Assembly: GCA_963840455.1 (NCBI GenBank)
Contig: CAWIYV010000011.1
Location: forward strand, 320,001-384,000
Length of the DNA: 64,000 nucleotides
DNA from: Nitrospirota bacterium
Lineage (GTDB): Bacteria; Nitrospirota; UBA9217
Reading direction: 5' to 3'
The notes below the pieces were generated by a model that was not told the DNA's origin, did not search any database, and saw nothing but the letters and a program-made list of their open reading frames with translations. Below are positions 28,298-38,115 of the stretch, piece by piece. A program made the translations under genes and the position numbers. Numbering within the stretch: the first letter of the stretch is position 1; every line of letters begins with the position of its first letter.

Positions 28298-29656
28298 CTA
28301 ATAGGGAGATTCGAAGCAGGTATTGAATCCCTTCGTCGCCTGTTCCCGATGCACTGCTTTCTGCAGCTCTTGCCCGCTGGCTTCAAGCAGGCTGGAAGTG
28401 GACAGTTGTGCCCAAGCACTGACATGCAAATGCCTGACTACTTTATTGGCGATCCTTTTTTTCTCATCTCGCGTGATAATCGCGCACGTTATGCTTTTGC
28501 GGCAATATCCGGAATGGCTGCAAGCGATATTGTGACACTTATCATCCGCAGTTATGCTTTTGGACAAATTCCTCGGCTGGTCAACATTGCAGCCTTTGAT
28601 CACTGCGACATGATATGCAAGGAGCTGCAGCGGTACAACGGTGACAAAGGGAACGAGCGCGGGATGGGTCGACGGCACCACGATCATGTCGTCCGCCTTG
28701 TCGCGGAAGGCAGCGGGTGAATCCGTGACCACAATGATCCTTCCCCCCAGCGCTTTCACCTCCGCGATGTTCGACAGGATCTTTCCGTGCATACCGTCGA
28801 TCGTTGCCAGGAATACAACGGGGACTCCATCCTCGATCAGCGCGATGGGGCCATGCTTCATTTCTCCCGCCGGATATCCATCAGCATGAATATTGGCGAG
28901 CTCCTTCATCTTGAGCGCGCCTTCGAGCGCGACGGGGTAGTTAATCCCACGGCCAACGTACAGTATGCTGTCCGCGGCCACCAGGGTCTTTGCGATCTTC
29001 TTGACCGCTTCTTCGGTTTGAAGCGCTTGGCTGATGAGCCTCGGCAGATCCTGCAAGAAGGGCATGAGCGTTTTGAGCTCGGGACCGCTGAGCTCGCCCT
29101 TCTTGGTGCCCAGGGCAATACCCAGGAGGCTCAGTGCGGCAAGCTGAGCGGTAAAGGCCTTGGTGGACACCACCCCGATCTCCAGCCCCGCACGTGTGTA
29201 GAGGACCGAATCCGCCTCACGCGAGGTCGCGCTGCCGACGACATTGCAGATCGTTAAGGTTCTCGCTCCTTTTTCCTTCGCTTCACGTTGTGCTGCGAGG
29301 GTATCGGCTGTTTCTCCGGACTGCGTAATGGTGATGAGTATTGTTCCTTTCGGGATGATCGGACACAAGTCCCCGAACTCCGAAGCGATGTCCACGGCCA
29401 CGGGGATGCGCACGAACTTCTCGATCATATACCGGCCAATGAGACCTGCATGGTACGAAGTACCGCAGGCTGCGATATGGACCCGCGCGAGATCGTTGAT
29501 CGTACCCGCGATGCCCATCTCATCCATGAGCCTGTCCGGGCTGTTGATCCACTCCCGCAAAGCATCCATGACCACCTGGGGTTGCTCGTATATCTCCTTG
29601 AGCATGAAATGATCGTATCCCTGCTTCTCATCCATTGCAGCCGTCCAGTCAACCAT
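28298..29656 (-). CDS. GlmS isomerase (SIS-SIS)-only paralog lacking the glutaminase domain
   Basis: HFMLKEIYEQP, ACGTSYHAG, TQSGETADT, EGALKMKE, EMKHGP, DQPRNLSKSIT; begins at the inter-domain linker; about 80 aa C-terminal extension. Confidence 0.85.
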   Translation of the reverse strand: MVDWTAAMDEKQGYDHFMLKEIYEQPQVVMDALREWINSPDRLMDEMGIAGTINDLARVHIAACGTSYHAGLIGRYMIEKFVRIPVAVDIASEFGDLCPIIPKGTILITITQSGETADTLAAQREAKEKGARTLTICNVVGSATSREADSVLYTRAGLEIGVVSTKAFTAQLAALSLLGIALGTKKGELSGPELKTLMPFLQDLPRLISQALQTEEAVKKIAKTLVAADSILYVGRGINYPVALEGALKMKELANIHADGYPAGEMKHGPIALIEDGVPVVFLATIDGMHGKILSNIAEVKALGGRIIVVTDSPAAFRDKADDMIVVPSTHPALVPFVTVVPLQLLAYHVAVIKGCNVDQPRNLSKSITADDKCHNIACSHSGYCRKSITCAIITRDEKKRIANKVVRHLHVSAWAQLSTSSLLEASGQELQKAVHREQATKGFNTCFESPY

Positions 29657-30009
29657 TATGATTTTCCCTTCAAGCTGGGAGACCCCATCGGGTCAGGTCT
29701 ACTTTCTTGGTGCTGCTGTACCGTAGTAACGCCTGCGGACGGTCTCCCGGTCTTTCCGATCTTATCGTCTTTCCAATTCCACCATTTCAGCAATGCAGGG
29801 TCGTGCTTTTTCCTTGACGCGTAATACACGGAGCACCGGAAAGCATACAGGACGCAGCGGTCTATATGCATGCCGCGCAGGACGCTGAGCTTATGATACA
29901 ACCGTTCCGGATCGCAGCCTTTCAGGTCCCGGACATGACGGATACCCAGATCCAGCAGGTCCCGGGCGATGCTTTTGCCCACTCCCGGGATCGTTTGCAG
30001 CTCGTGCAT
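29656..30009 (-). CDS. Helix-hairpin-helix protein (pathogenicity locus/Cdd1-like)
   Basis: LQTIPGVGKSIA, DRCVLY.FRC.VYYA, WWNWKD. Confidence 0.85.
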   Translation of the reverse strand: MHELQTIPGVGKSIARDLLDLGIRHVRDLKGCDPERLYHKLSVLRGMHIDRCVLYAFRCSVYYASRKKHDPALLKWWNWKDDKIGKTGRPSAGVTTVQQHQESRPDPMGSPSLKGKS

Positions 30010-30052
30010 CGCGACGTGTTCATAAGAACATCCTCGACGAACCGGTTCTGCA

Positions 30053-30535
30053 TTAATTGCAATTCGAAACAACCAATTGCTCCACAAACAATATTTCCTT
30101 GGTGCTTTGCACTTCAATGAACTCAAAAGGGGAGGTAAATGCTTGCGTTACCGCGCACGTACTCCCCGGCTTTGTTACTGTTATAACAATGATGACATGA
30201 TCATTGAATTCCTGAATTTCGCTCGTTGCGATGGAATAACCGCCGGTATTCCGTTGTCCCAGATCCAAGAGAACCGCTCGTTCCGTAGAAAAATCTACCG
30301 TGTGCTCTTGAACAAATTGTACATATTCGGCCAATCGCGTATTGAGCGATGCCTGATCCCTGAAAACCTCCAGTTTTCTGTTTTTATCAACCCCGCTGAC
30401 CGGATTATCTCCCGAGACAATGACCGAAAACGGAACAGTGGGAATAGGGGTCTCTGCACGTGTATCAGACAAGCACCCTGCCAGGCAGGATACGAGCAGA
30501 ACTACGAATGCTGCGTTTTTCAATTTGATCGACAT
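30053..30535 (-). CDS. PrcB-like lipoprotein
   Basis: Lipobox LAGC; G.RNTGGYSI...VTQAFTSP motif. Confidence 0.8.
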   Translation of the reverse strand: MSIKLKNAAFVVLLVSCLAGCLSDTRAETPIPTVPFSVIVSGDNPVSGVDKNRKLEVFRDQASLNTRLAEYVQFVQEHTVDFSTERAVLLDLGQRNTGGYSIATSEIQEFNDHVIIVITVTKPGSTCAVTQAFTSPFEFIEVQSTKEILFVEQLVVSNCN

Positions 30536-30637
30536 ATATGCCTCCTCTGTGACCGGCAAGGATTCAGTTCACATCTCGCACACCAGGTCCTCGATCTCCT
30601 TCGAGAAGACACCGAAGTTCACCTAGTAGCGTCATAT

Positions 30638-32272
30638 CTATTTCCAGTCAATATAGCGGATCCGGGTGATGCCCGGGATCAACCTGCCCAGGTCCCGGCC
30701 GTCCTTGCTCATGAGCCGGGCGTCGGTGTACCCCACGCTCTTGAGATAGACCAGGTACTGCCCGGTGGGATCATGGACTGGCAGCCAGTTGACCCAACCG
30801 TCGGCAAGCAGGGTACGCTCTCCAGTCCCGTCGATGCGGGACTCGATGATGTTCCAGGGAGAATAGATCGCCCAGGGGTCCTGGCTATAGTTCGTGTCCC
30901 TGGTGAACCGTTCAAAAACTGCTACCGTGTTCGTGGTTGTGGGATCATGGTCGGACGTGCCCAGCGAATTGGTCAATTGTGTGACCACTGTTCCATCAGC
31001 ATGCATGACGGCGATGCGCACCTGGTCCGGCAGAAGCGGATTGAACCGGTCGGTCTTGAACACGATGCGGCCGTCAGGCAGCCAGTCGGGATCATTGTCA
31101 TTGACACCCGGGGGCGTCAGGTCCTGTATTTCCAGGCCCGTAGCCGAGGTCATGGTCACGAGGGATGCATCCCAACCGTCGCGGAAAGAAGCATAGACGA
31201 TCTTACTGTCGTCGGGCGACCAGGCCGGGTGGCCATCCAGGATCGTGTTGGTCGTCAAGGTGGTAAGGCTGGCACCACTCACATCGACGGTATATATCTC
31301 CCATGTCGTGTAGTTGGTTGAGCTGGGACCGCCGTAAAATGCGAGCCGCGTGCCGTCGTGGGATAATGAGACGCCGTCCATGTACAGACCCGTAGTATGC
31401 GTTACGCGGGTCACGACCTTTGTGGCCGGATCGAAGGTATACAGTTCTCCCGCCGGATTCTCGTGATCGCTGATGAAAGCGATGAGGCCGGTCAGGTCGC
31501 TCGGAATCTGCGGCTGATCATGGGGCGCGGGAGCGACATAGGGCAACAGTGGCCAACCGCTGCTGTCCATGCCCACAGACATATTGGCAGGGCCACTTAG
31601 GCTGCCAACGTTCCCGGCCAAAGCCACCGGCTGGATGTTGTCCAGGAGATTGATGTTGAAGTGGGTGTTCGCGTTAAGAACGCCGTCCTCAACCTTCGCA
31701 TCCGGCGCCAGCGGGATCAGGAACTCGGCATGGTATTTCCCCGCTGAATAGGTCATTTTGCCGAGGCCGTCCCCGACAGCGTCATTATCATCATTCCCGG
31801 CGCTGACATTATGAATATCGCTGTACCCGGAGCCGTAGATGTGCTTGACAAGCCGGCGGGCGTCCTCGTTCGCATCGAACGTGCCATTTCCGTTGTTGTC
31901 GAACATGATGACGACACCGTCAAAATGCGTGCTTGAATCGAAAGGGACGAAAGGGTCAAATGTGTCCGAGATGGCATCATTCCACTCCATGGCGACGTAG
32001 AGATGCCGTTCGTCATTGACGATCGCGTATCGCAGGGTCGTCGTCCCGACCGAGGTGCCGGTCCCGAAGGTGCTCTTCATGTCGATGACCTGCGTCTGTA
32101 CCGTGGGAAATACCGAAAGGTCCACGACACCGTCGATCTCGAATTGCTCGGCAAGAGGCTTTGGCAGCGGGCCTCCGCCCGGCGCCCCCTCGCCTCCTCC
32201 TCCCGAACAGGAACCGAGGATCACAAAAAGCCCTGCGAGCAACAGCGCTGCTGCATACAAACGCTTATTCAT
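30638..32272 (-). CDS. Lipoprotein with C-terminal TolB/PD40 beta-propeller
   Basis: Lipobox LGSC; PAWSPD and PDWLPDG repeats. The ORF-track extension upstream of 32272 runs into the transposon end and is not coding. Confidence 0.82.
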   Translation of the reverse strand: MNKRLYAAALLLAGLFVILGSCSGGGGEGAPGGGPLPKPLAEQFEIDGVVDLSVFPTVQTQVIDMKSTFGTGTSVGTTTLRYAIVNDERHLYVAMEWNDAISDTFDPFVPFDSSTHFDGVVIMFDNNGNGTFDANEDARRLVKHIYGSGYSDIHNVSAGNDDNDAVGDGLGKMTYSAGKYHAEFLIPLAPDAKVEDGVLNANTHFNINLLDNIQPVALAGNVGSLSGPANMSVGMDSSGWPLLPYVAPAPHDQPQIPSDLTGLIAFISDHENPAGELYTFDPATKVVTRVTHTTGLYMDGVSLSHDGTRLAFYGGPSSTNYTTWEIYTVDVSGASLTTLTTNTILDGHPAWSPDDSKIVYASFRDGWDASLVTMTSATGLEIQDLTPPGVNDNDPDWLPDGRIVFKTDRFNPLLPDQVRIAVMHADGTVVTQLTNSLGTSDHDPTTTNTVAVFERFTRDTNYSQDPWAIYSPWNIIESRIDGTGERTLLADGWVNWLPVHDPTGQYLVYLKSVGYTDARLMSKDGRDLGRLIPGITRIRYIDWK

Positions 32273-32305
32273 AGTTCGTTCGATCCCGGATACTGGAAGG
32301 GAAGG

Positions 32306-32452
32306 TGTCGCGAGACAATTAAGTCCCAGCAAAATCGGCTCGCAACCCATTGATATTACGATACCATAAAAAACGACAAAGAAGCTAAAGTCGTCGTTTT
32401 TTCGACCGCGGAACAATTATGTCGTCGAATTTGCAGACAATTAAGTCGTCAC
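32306..32452 (+). mobile_element. Tn7-like end L1 (island boundary)
   Basis: TGTCGCGA-GACAATTAAGTC has the layout of Tn7 TGTGGGCG-GACAATAAAGTC; further TnsB-site copies near 32382, 32412 and 32436; base composition becomes AT-richer from here. Confidence 0.8.
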
Positions 32453-32578
32453 TAATTTCCAGCTGAATTTGAATCAATACCTCACTGGAGCAATACACTG
32501 AACTGGTTGCATCCTGCACAGAACAACGAAGTAAGCGCGCGAAGCTGTATTGTCACGGAGCGTCTGCATTTCGGGATT

Positions 32579-33202
32579 TTACGAGCCATTTGATGCGAAG
32601 CTTTTCCACTTTTCATTTTCAATTAATAAAGATCTGTGGATACGAATTGAACCGCATTCCTTTATGGATTTAAGTGTTCTCTTTACAGTCTCAAATACTG
32701 CTTGTGGTAGCCACGGGCTTAGTATGATTCGGTCAATGGCCTCAATAGATATTGGGAATCGATATGTCATAGGTCCCTTCTTCTTTATTCCTAAGAAAAG
32801 ACGAAACTCCTTTTCATCGCTGTATGCAGCGCGCTTTAAAAACGGAAGGGCCTTAGTTTTTGGACCAAATGATTCTAGCTCCAGAATAGTCTTGTACTGC
32901 ACTTCCTCGGCACGTAACCCAGTTACCTTGCTTGTGCTCCGCAAGAGGTTATCCTTGTCAAAAACTACGCATACGCCGCCACTTCCATGAGAAAACACTC
33001 TCCAGTGATGATATGTTTCTGGTGCTTGAGCCAGACAAAGTGCATAGGTACTCGATAAGCCCTTAGCGCGTGCATATTGCTCAATGTAGTATGAATCATT
33101 TCTATCGTCCCACGAGGAAGGATTGACTAGAACAATCTCCTTGGTCTGCAATAGGTCCACGACGTAGGGCATCTCAGTATATCTTCGAAGCATCGTTTCC
33201 AC
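32579..33202 (-). CDS. DUF2971-like protein
   Basis: P..WDDRND, LCL...E..HHW.., FLKR.AY.DEKEFR, IILSPW; RBS AAGGAGG. Confidence 0.7.
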   Translation of the reverse strand: METMLRRYTEMPYVVDLLQTKEIVLVNPSSWDDRNDSYYIEQYARAKGLSSTYALCLAQAPETYHHWRVFSHGSGGVCVVFDKDNLLRSTSKVTGLRAEEVQYKTILELESFGPKTKALPFLKRAAYSDEKEFRLFLGIKKKGPMTYRFPISIEAIDRIILSPWLPQAVFETVKRTLKSIKECGSIRIHRSLLIENEKWKSFASNGS

Positions 33203-33530
33203 CGCATAACCTCCTTATCAGCGCTGACCTCCACAATAAACTGTGCCACTTTGAGAGTCGGACCTATGGTACCCTATAATGCAGCTCACGTATTCAAGTC
33301 GATGCCATGCCAAATACCTATCACAAAACAAATCGTCATTTTCTTCTTTTCGCAGCGTAAATCTGGGGTAATTCGTAATCCGGATTCGGACGGACACTGT
33401 TTGCCCCTCGCCTCACATAGATCTCCTGCGTATGCACGTGATAGTAGGGTTTCTCTTTCCCTTCAGGAACTATGGGCGGGGTCAGTATAGCAGAAAAACA
33501 GTGTTTATTTAAGGGGATAAAGTGGACCTG

Positions 33531-33680
33531 TCAAGCCAAAATGAAGATGTCTCCCACCCATGCGTTGACACGGGCTATCATGGGCTGAATTGGCTCTCCG
33601 ATATGCTCCACACCTTTCCATCCGTCCCAATGAGCAAGTGTTCCATCTAAGTCAACACCGACCCAATCACCGTTTGACAT
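33531..33680 (-). pseudogene. Truncated HAD-superfamily protein (49 aa)
   Basis: MSNGDWVGVDLDGTLAHWDGWKGVEHIGEP...; DxDGT motif I; RBS GAGGGA; later HAD motifs missing. Confidence 0.6.
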
Positions 33681-34074
33681 TCAATCCCTCCATCCTCTCA
33701 AAGCGAGTCCTTTGATCCGGGAGACAGAACTCAGTGACTATCTCTGCTTTCATTTTCTCATCGCTGAGTATGTCCTTGCCGGCGATTACAATATATTTTC
33801 GTTTTTTTCGATCATATGCTACTCGACCTCGGAGGAGACCAGTCAATTGCTTCGGCATTCTTTTAGTCTGTTTCAATACGCTAGCAATAGAGCCCTCAAA
33901 ATGTACATTTTTCCGCGCGACATTGACGATACCATCAGCAACGGTGAAGCCAGGACAACCCTGTACATAATTGCCATATCGAATCGGAACAGGATCAGCA
34001 AACAATTCACCATTAGCAAAATAGAATATCCCGATTCGTGGAGTTCGCGCCTCGTACAGCTTTTTATGAAGCAT
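33667..34074 (-). CDS. Hypothetical protein
   Basis: 135-aa ORF, co-oriented with its neighbours, with GIFY and RGRV.YD motifs. Confidence 0.6.
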   Translation of the reverse strand: MLHKKLYEARTPRIGIFYFANGELFADPVPIRYGNYVQGCPGFTVADGIVNVARKNVHFEGSIASVLKQTKRMPKQLTGLLRGRVAYDRKKRKYIVIAGKDILSDEKMKAEIVTEFCLPDQRTRFERMEGLNVKR

Positions 34075-34243
34075 ATTCCGCTGATGAACCGCAGCCGCAT
34101 ACTTTTAAATTTGAATTTTATTGTTTTTTTTCATTCCGTATGCCTGCAAAATGTTCCAATGTCCAGCCTTGAATTGACAAGACAGGCCGGGCGCAGAATA
34201 CGTGCCCAGCCTGTCCACCTACGAGCCGTCATTTTATCGCTAA

Positions 34244-34528
34244 TTACCGTACAAAAAAATACCACAGCGCGGCCAGTGACGTTCCGCCCGGGCCGTCAAT
34301 CGCTTTTTGAATATCTTTTAGCTCCGCTATTTTCTTACCTGTTGAATCTTTAAAATACTTACCATCAAACTCACCGATTCGCTTACCTGTCGAATCTTTT
34401 ATTTTTTCGTTATCGATGTCACCAATTCTCTTGCCGCTTTTGTCTTTGATTTTCGTTCCATCTACCTGCGCCACTCTTGCACCGGTGCGGTCTTTTAAAG
34501 TTTCACCATCAAATTTGAAATTAGCCAT
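34244..34528 (-). CDS. Small beta-repeat protein
   Basis: Four 16-aa repeats (DG..IKD.TGK.I.); RBS AAGGAG. Confidence 0.75.
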   Translation of the reverse strand: MANFKFDGETLKDRTGARVAQVDGTKIKDKSGKRIGDIDNEKIKDSTGKRIGEFDGKYFKDSTGKKIAELKDIQKAIDGPGGTSLAALWYFFVR

Positions 34529-34630
34529 GTATTTTTCTCCTTTTTATTTTCTTCATTTATTCGCTGAAGTAAAACGCTGTCGAAAGAATAGGACTGTCAT
34601 TGAACTGGTACGACCAACAACAGCCAAGCA

Positions 34631-35305
34631 TTAACTTTCGTATTCAAAAGTATATTTGTTAGCGTAGGCTACAGCAACAATACTATTATCCTTGATCAAT
34701 CGCATCGTTCTATCCTGCTGCTTACCGGAAGATGCCGGCCAAATAATCATTCTCTTTACTGTATTTCCATCCCAGCTTGTTCCCTTTACAAGCAAAGTGA
34801 TTATTTTTTCAAATAGCTCTTTATGCCCCTCAATGGCCCTTGAGAAGGCTATACATTGCTTGATCAACTCGTCCAGTTTCCGATCACTTTTCAGCTCTAT
34901 TACCCATAGTGCACCGCTTGAATCAATCGCCAGTATATCATTGACGGCTTTCTTCCCGTCTTGCTCAACTCTCAATTCTGAGGTCACGAATTTTAGGTTG
35001 AGTTTTTTCCAAAAATCTGGCGGACTACCAAATATCAGCTGGTTGATTAGCCACGCTTGCAGCTCTTTTTCCGGAGTGGCTCTTTTAGGAGAGCTCAGAT
35101 TGTCTATTTTCGCTATCTTTTCTGAGGCGTTATTGGCATTGATTCCCGTCAAACCAAGTTCTGGTGTTTTATTACTGAGTGACACCAACGATACGCCACC
35201 CAACCCTCCGCGAAAATGACATTGTTTCTGTCTTAATACTTCATGATATTGCCCGTTGAGTTTGGCTGCCAACTCTATATACTGCATCTCAGGCACATTG
35301 TTCAC
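34631..35305 (-). CDS. PD-(D/E)XK nuclease-like protein
   Basis: E..LQ, SE, NDILAID, VIELK, Q motif series typical of NucS-like nucleases; RBS AAGGAGG. Confidence 0.7.
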   Translation of the reverse strand: MNNVPEMQYIELAAKLNGQYHEVLRQKQCHFRGGLGGVSLVSLSNKTPELGLTGINANNASEKIAKIDNLSSPKRATPEKELQAWLINQLIFGSPPDFWKKLNLKFVTSELRVEQDGKKAVNDILAIDSSGALWVIELKSDRKLDELIKQCIAFSRAIEGHKELFEKIITLLVKGTSWDGNTVKRMIIWPASSGKQQDRTMRLIKDNSIVAVAYANKYTFEYES

Positions 35306-35337
35306 GTTAAGCGCTCCCTCCTTGAGAAGACCAGGAT

Positions 35338-36577
35338 TTAAATTATCACCACCTGATGATCTTTTATTTCAAAAACATTATTAAATAGTTTTTTAAACTG
35401 ATCGCCATGCTCCGTGTGAATCGGCACTAGTTGTTTCGGATTCATTGCTTGTGCAAACCCTCGAAGATCCTCGACCGTCGCATGGCCGCTGGTGTGCGCA
35501 TACACAAATTTGATCTGCTTGTCATGCTGATATGCTGCTATCTGTTCAGCGCCATAGCATTCATCATTCGAGCACTTCAGGTAGCCAAGCCACTGCGAAT
35601 AAATGACGTTAACAGCTTTATCGCCTTTGTACAATTCAATAATGGGGGATTTTGACATCCTGGACAGATAGAGATATTGCTCGGGATTTGCCTTAAGCTC
35701 TTCCTTTTGAATACGATACTGATAAGCCGACCGTCTGAAATCACCGAATAGTTCCAGGATTCTTCTGGAGCACTTCATCATAATTGCGATCTGCATATAC
35801 TCGGACGTCATCCCACCCGATCCCCGGCACATTGGCGGTGACAGTACGCATCCGCTCCAGTACCCAGGCCGTATAGAGGTCGACCACAAATGTCTTCTCT
35901 GCCCTTTTACATGCGCGGTACGCTGATACAATCCGGTCGATATTCTGCGACGATGAGATCAGGAACGCGATGTTCTCCTGCTTAGCGATTGTATCATAAA
36001 TCTTTTTTTCGACGGCTTCCTCTGTTGGGAATTCATCATTTGACCGCTGCATCATGGTCCCTTCCATGAACATAACGTCGATATCCTTCGGCGGCTTCTC
36101 GATCATCTTATCAAACAGAACGCGTTTTCTGCCGTGAGCGCGAAAGTCCCCACTGTAAAAAATCCTCTTGCCTTCCGCCTCGATCAGGAACGCATATGCA
36201 TCTACTGCGGAATGATCAACCAGATACGGGGTAATAGTGAAATCGCCGATTTTAAATGGCTGCCACTTTTCAAAGTGACGGAATTCGTTCGCGAGCGGTT
36301 CTTTGCCGATAAAGATTCCGACCACATCAATCAGGCTTTTGCCGAGCTTGCCGATATAGACCGGCACGCTGTGGTCAAATGAGTCAATCAGCCCGTAATG
36401 GTCCTGGTGCGGATGGCTGATGATAATCGCATCGGCCTTTATTGATGATAGATCAAGCTTCCTACTCTCTTTACTGAGCGGCAACCCGAGGTCAAGCAAT
36501 ATGGTCGTCTTGGCGGTAGACAGCTGAATGCAGGTGCCCCCGATTTCGTTACTACCCCGATGAATGGTTATGTTCAT
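35338..36577 (-). pseudogene. MBL-fold beta-CASP nuclease (RNase J-like), split by a single +1 frameshift near 35755
   Basis: HPHQDH, DHS, SGDFR.HG and EGT in one frame, HTSGHA and PIHTE in the other; removing one G from AATCCTGGAA restores NPELFG. Confidence 0.8.
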
Positions 36578-36588
36578 GATGTTCCTTT

Positions 36589-36966
36589 TTAGCGCGGAAG
36601 TTCTTTTTTCAACCTTGCGGCATCGGCATCATATTGTCCGATCCTGGCCTGAAGTTCTTTTATCCGATCTTCCCGGCTGAGGTGTTTTGACAACCACTTC
36701 TCTTCCCGGTATTTTTCGTATTTGAGATACTCGGCCTGTTCCTGCAAATAGAGCAGCTTGCATTCACGAAAACTGAGACCAAGGATTTTTTCAATGCTGA
36801 TCGTTTCGATGTTTCTGGGATCTTCTTGTGACATGAAAGCATTATGGATATCGTAAGCGCACCCTTCACAGATTGGCGCATGAAGCAAGTCGCTCCATTC
36901 AAACACATCATCTTCATGGTCCGGACAGAGCGGACAGTGATAATTTCGGGAGACACGAATCTTCAT
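36589..36966 (-). CDS. Hypothetical protein with CxxC...CxxC zinc site
   Basis: CPLC and CEGC, coiled C-terminus; first gene after a WYL-box promoter. Confidence 0.65.
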   Translation of the reverse strand: MKIRVSRNYHCPLCPDHEDDVFEWSDLLHAPICEGCAYDIHNAFMSQEDPRNIETISIEKILGLSFRECKLLYLQEQAEYLKYEKYREEKWLSKHLSREDRIKELQARIGQYDADAARLKKELPR

Positions 36967-36989
36967 AATGACCGCCGATATCTGCTTCC

Positions 36990-37027
36990 ATTATAAATAT
37001 CACGCGTTACTGACAGCACTGTGTCAG
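36990..37027 (-). promoter_or_regulatory. WYL box 1 + -10 element
   Basis: Perfect CTGACA-N6-TGTCAG at 37010-37027; TATAAT 14 bp downstream on the minus strand. Confidence 0.7.
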
Positions 37028-37034
37028 CGTTAAA

Positions 37035-38003
37035 TTATTTTTTTGAATATACCGCCAGCATAGCTCGAAGCTCGGCTTGAACTTCTTTTCTGAACGGCAG
37101 CGGGGACAATACCTCGCAGTTCGGTCCCCAGTGATAAATCCACCGCTGAATTTCTCTGGTTCCTTGCACCGTGACACGATAGATTATTGACCCGTCCTTC
37201 TTCGTCTCAACCTTTTCGGTCGGATGCCACCTTTTTCTTGTAATCCAACGTGCAACGTCTTTACTGAATCTGAGTTTGATCTCGACCGGCTCACCATGTT
37301 TATAGATATGCCAGCCTGATTGAAAATATGCATCCATAGAGAAGTCTTTGGGGATGGCATATCTTCTGTCGGTTATCTCGATGTTCTTTATACAGTCAAG
37401 CGCGAATTGCCGAACGTCGCAGTATTTATTACAATAGGCGAGAACGTACCAAATACCGGAACTGAAAAAGAGACCATACGGATCGATCCTTCTTTCGGTA
37501 ATCTTCTGACCATGCATGGCCTGATACGTTATTTCCAGGCCGACGTTCTCATCTAAGGCCCGCTGGATGGCTTCGTACCTGTCCTCAATGTCGGCGAAGT
37601 TGTCGGCGGGGTCTATATCGAACCAGTAGTGCCCTTCAATGTTCTTGATTCGCTGGCCGGTTGCCTGACCAGAACCAGCCTTGATCTTATGCATCAAGCC
37701 TTGATAAGCTTTTGAAACGCCATGCCCCAGCTTCGAGACCACGGCCTTACTCGCCAAAACGGCCCTGATTTCGTCCGGACTCAAGTCGATCTTTTTCAGT
37801 GAGTACCCAGCCGTAAACCGGTACGAACCATGCTCTTCGTCGAAATAGATCGGGTATTCACTCGGGAAACACGCCATGTCCCGGTAGATGGTCCTCTCTG
37901 CTACACCGAAATGCTTTGCAAGCCCTTTCGGTGTTAGTGCTTTCCCGCTATCGATCAACCCGAGAATTTCAACCATCCGATTGATCCGTTTGACATCGGC
38001 CAT
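37035..38003 (-). CDS. WYL-domain transcriptional regulator (HTH-WYL-WCX)
   Basis: LA..FGVAERTIYRD wHTH; R.IDPYGL...WYVLAYC...R.F.LD.I; EVLSP..FR. ATG at 38003 with GGGGAGG RBS. Confidence 0.92.
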   Translation of the reverse strand: MADVKRINRMVEILGLIDSGKALTPKGLAKHFGVAERTIYRDMACFPSEYPIYFDEEHGSYRFTAGYSLKKIDLSPDEIRAVLASKAVVSKLGHGVSKAYQGLMHKIKAGSGQATGQRIKNIEGHYWFDIDPADNFADIEDRYEAIQRALDENVGLEITYQAMHGQKITERRIDPYGLFFSSGIWYVLAYCNKYCDVRQFALDCIKNIEITDRRYAIPKDFSMDAYFQSGWHIYKHGEPVEIKLRFSKDVARWITRKRWHPTEKVETKKDGSIIYRVTVQGTREIQRWIYHWGPNCEVLSPLPFRKEVQAELRAMLAVYSKK

Positions 38004-38033
38004 ACATGGCCTCCCCGCTTGATAAGTTACCAG

Positions 38034-38071
38034 ACTATAGCATAGTCCTATCACTGACGCAATGGTGTCAG
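38034..38071. promoter_or_regulatory. WYL box 2 between divergent genes
   Basis: CTGACG-N6-TGTCAG at 38054-38071; TATAGT 14 bp downstream toward the WYL gene. Confidence 0.7.
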
Positions 38072-38115
38072 TAGGCAAATGATAGAGTGGTCAATAACAT
38101 CTGGAGGGAATACAC

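Noticed and set aside
28480-28560. glmS paralog 3' end as the occupied attTn7
   Set aside because: No TGT end or TnsB sites follow it; the nearest end lies beyond its 5' side.
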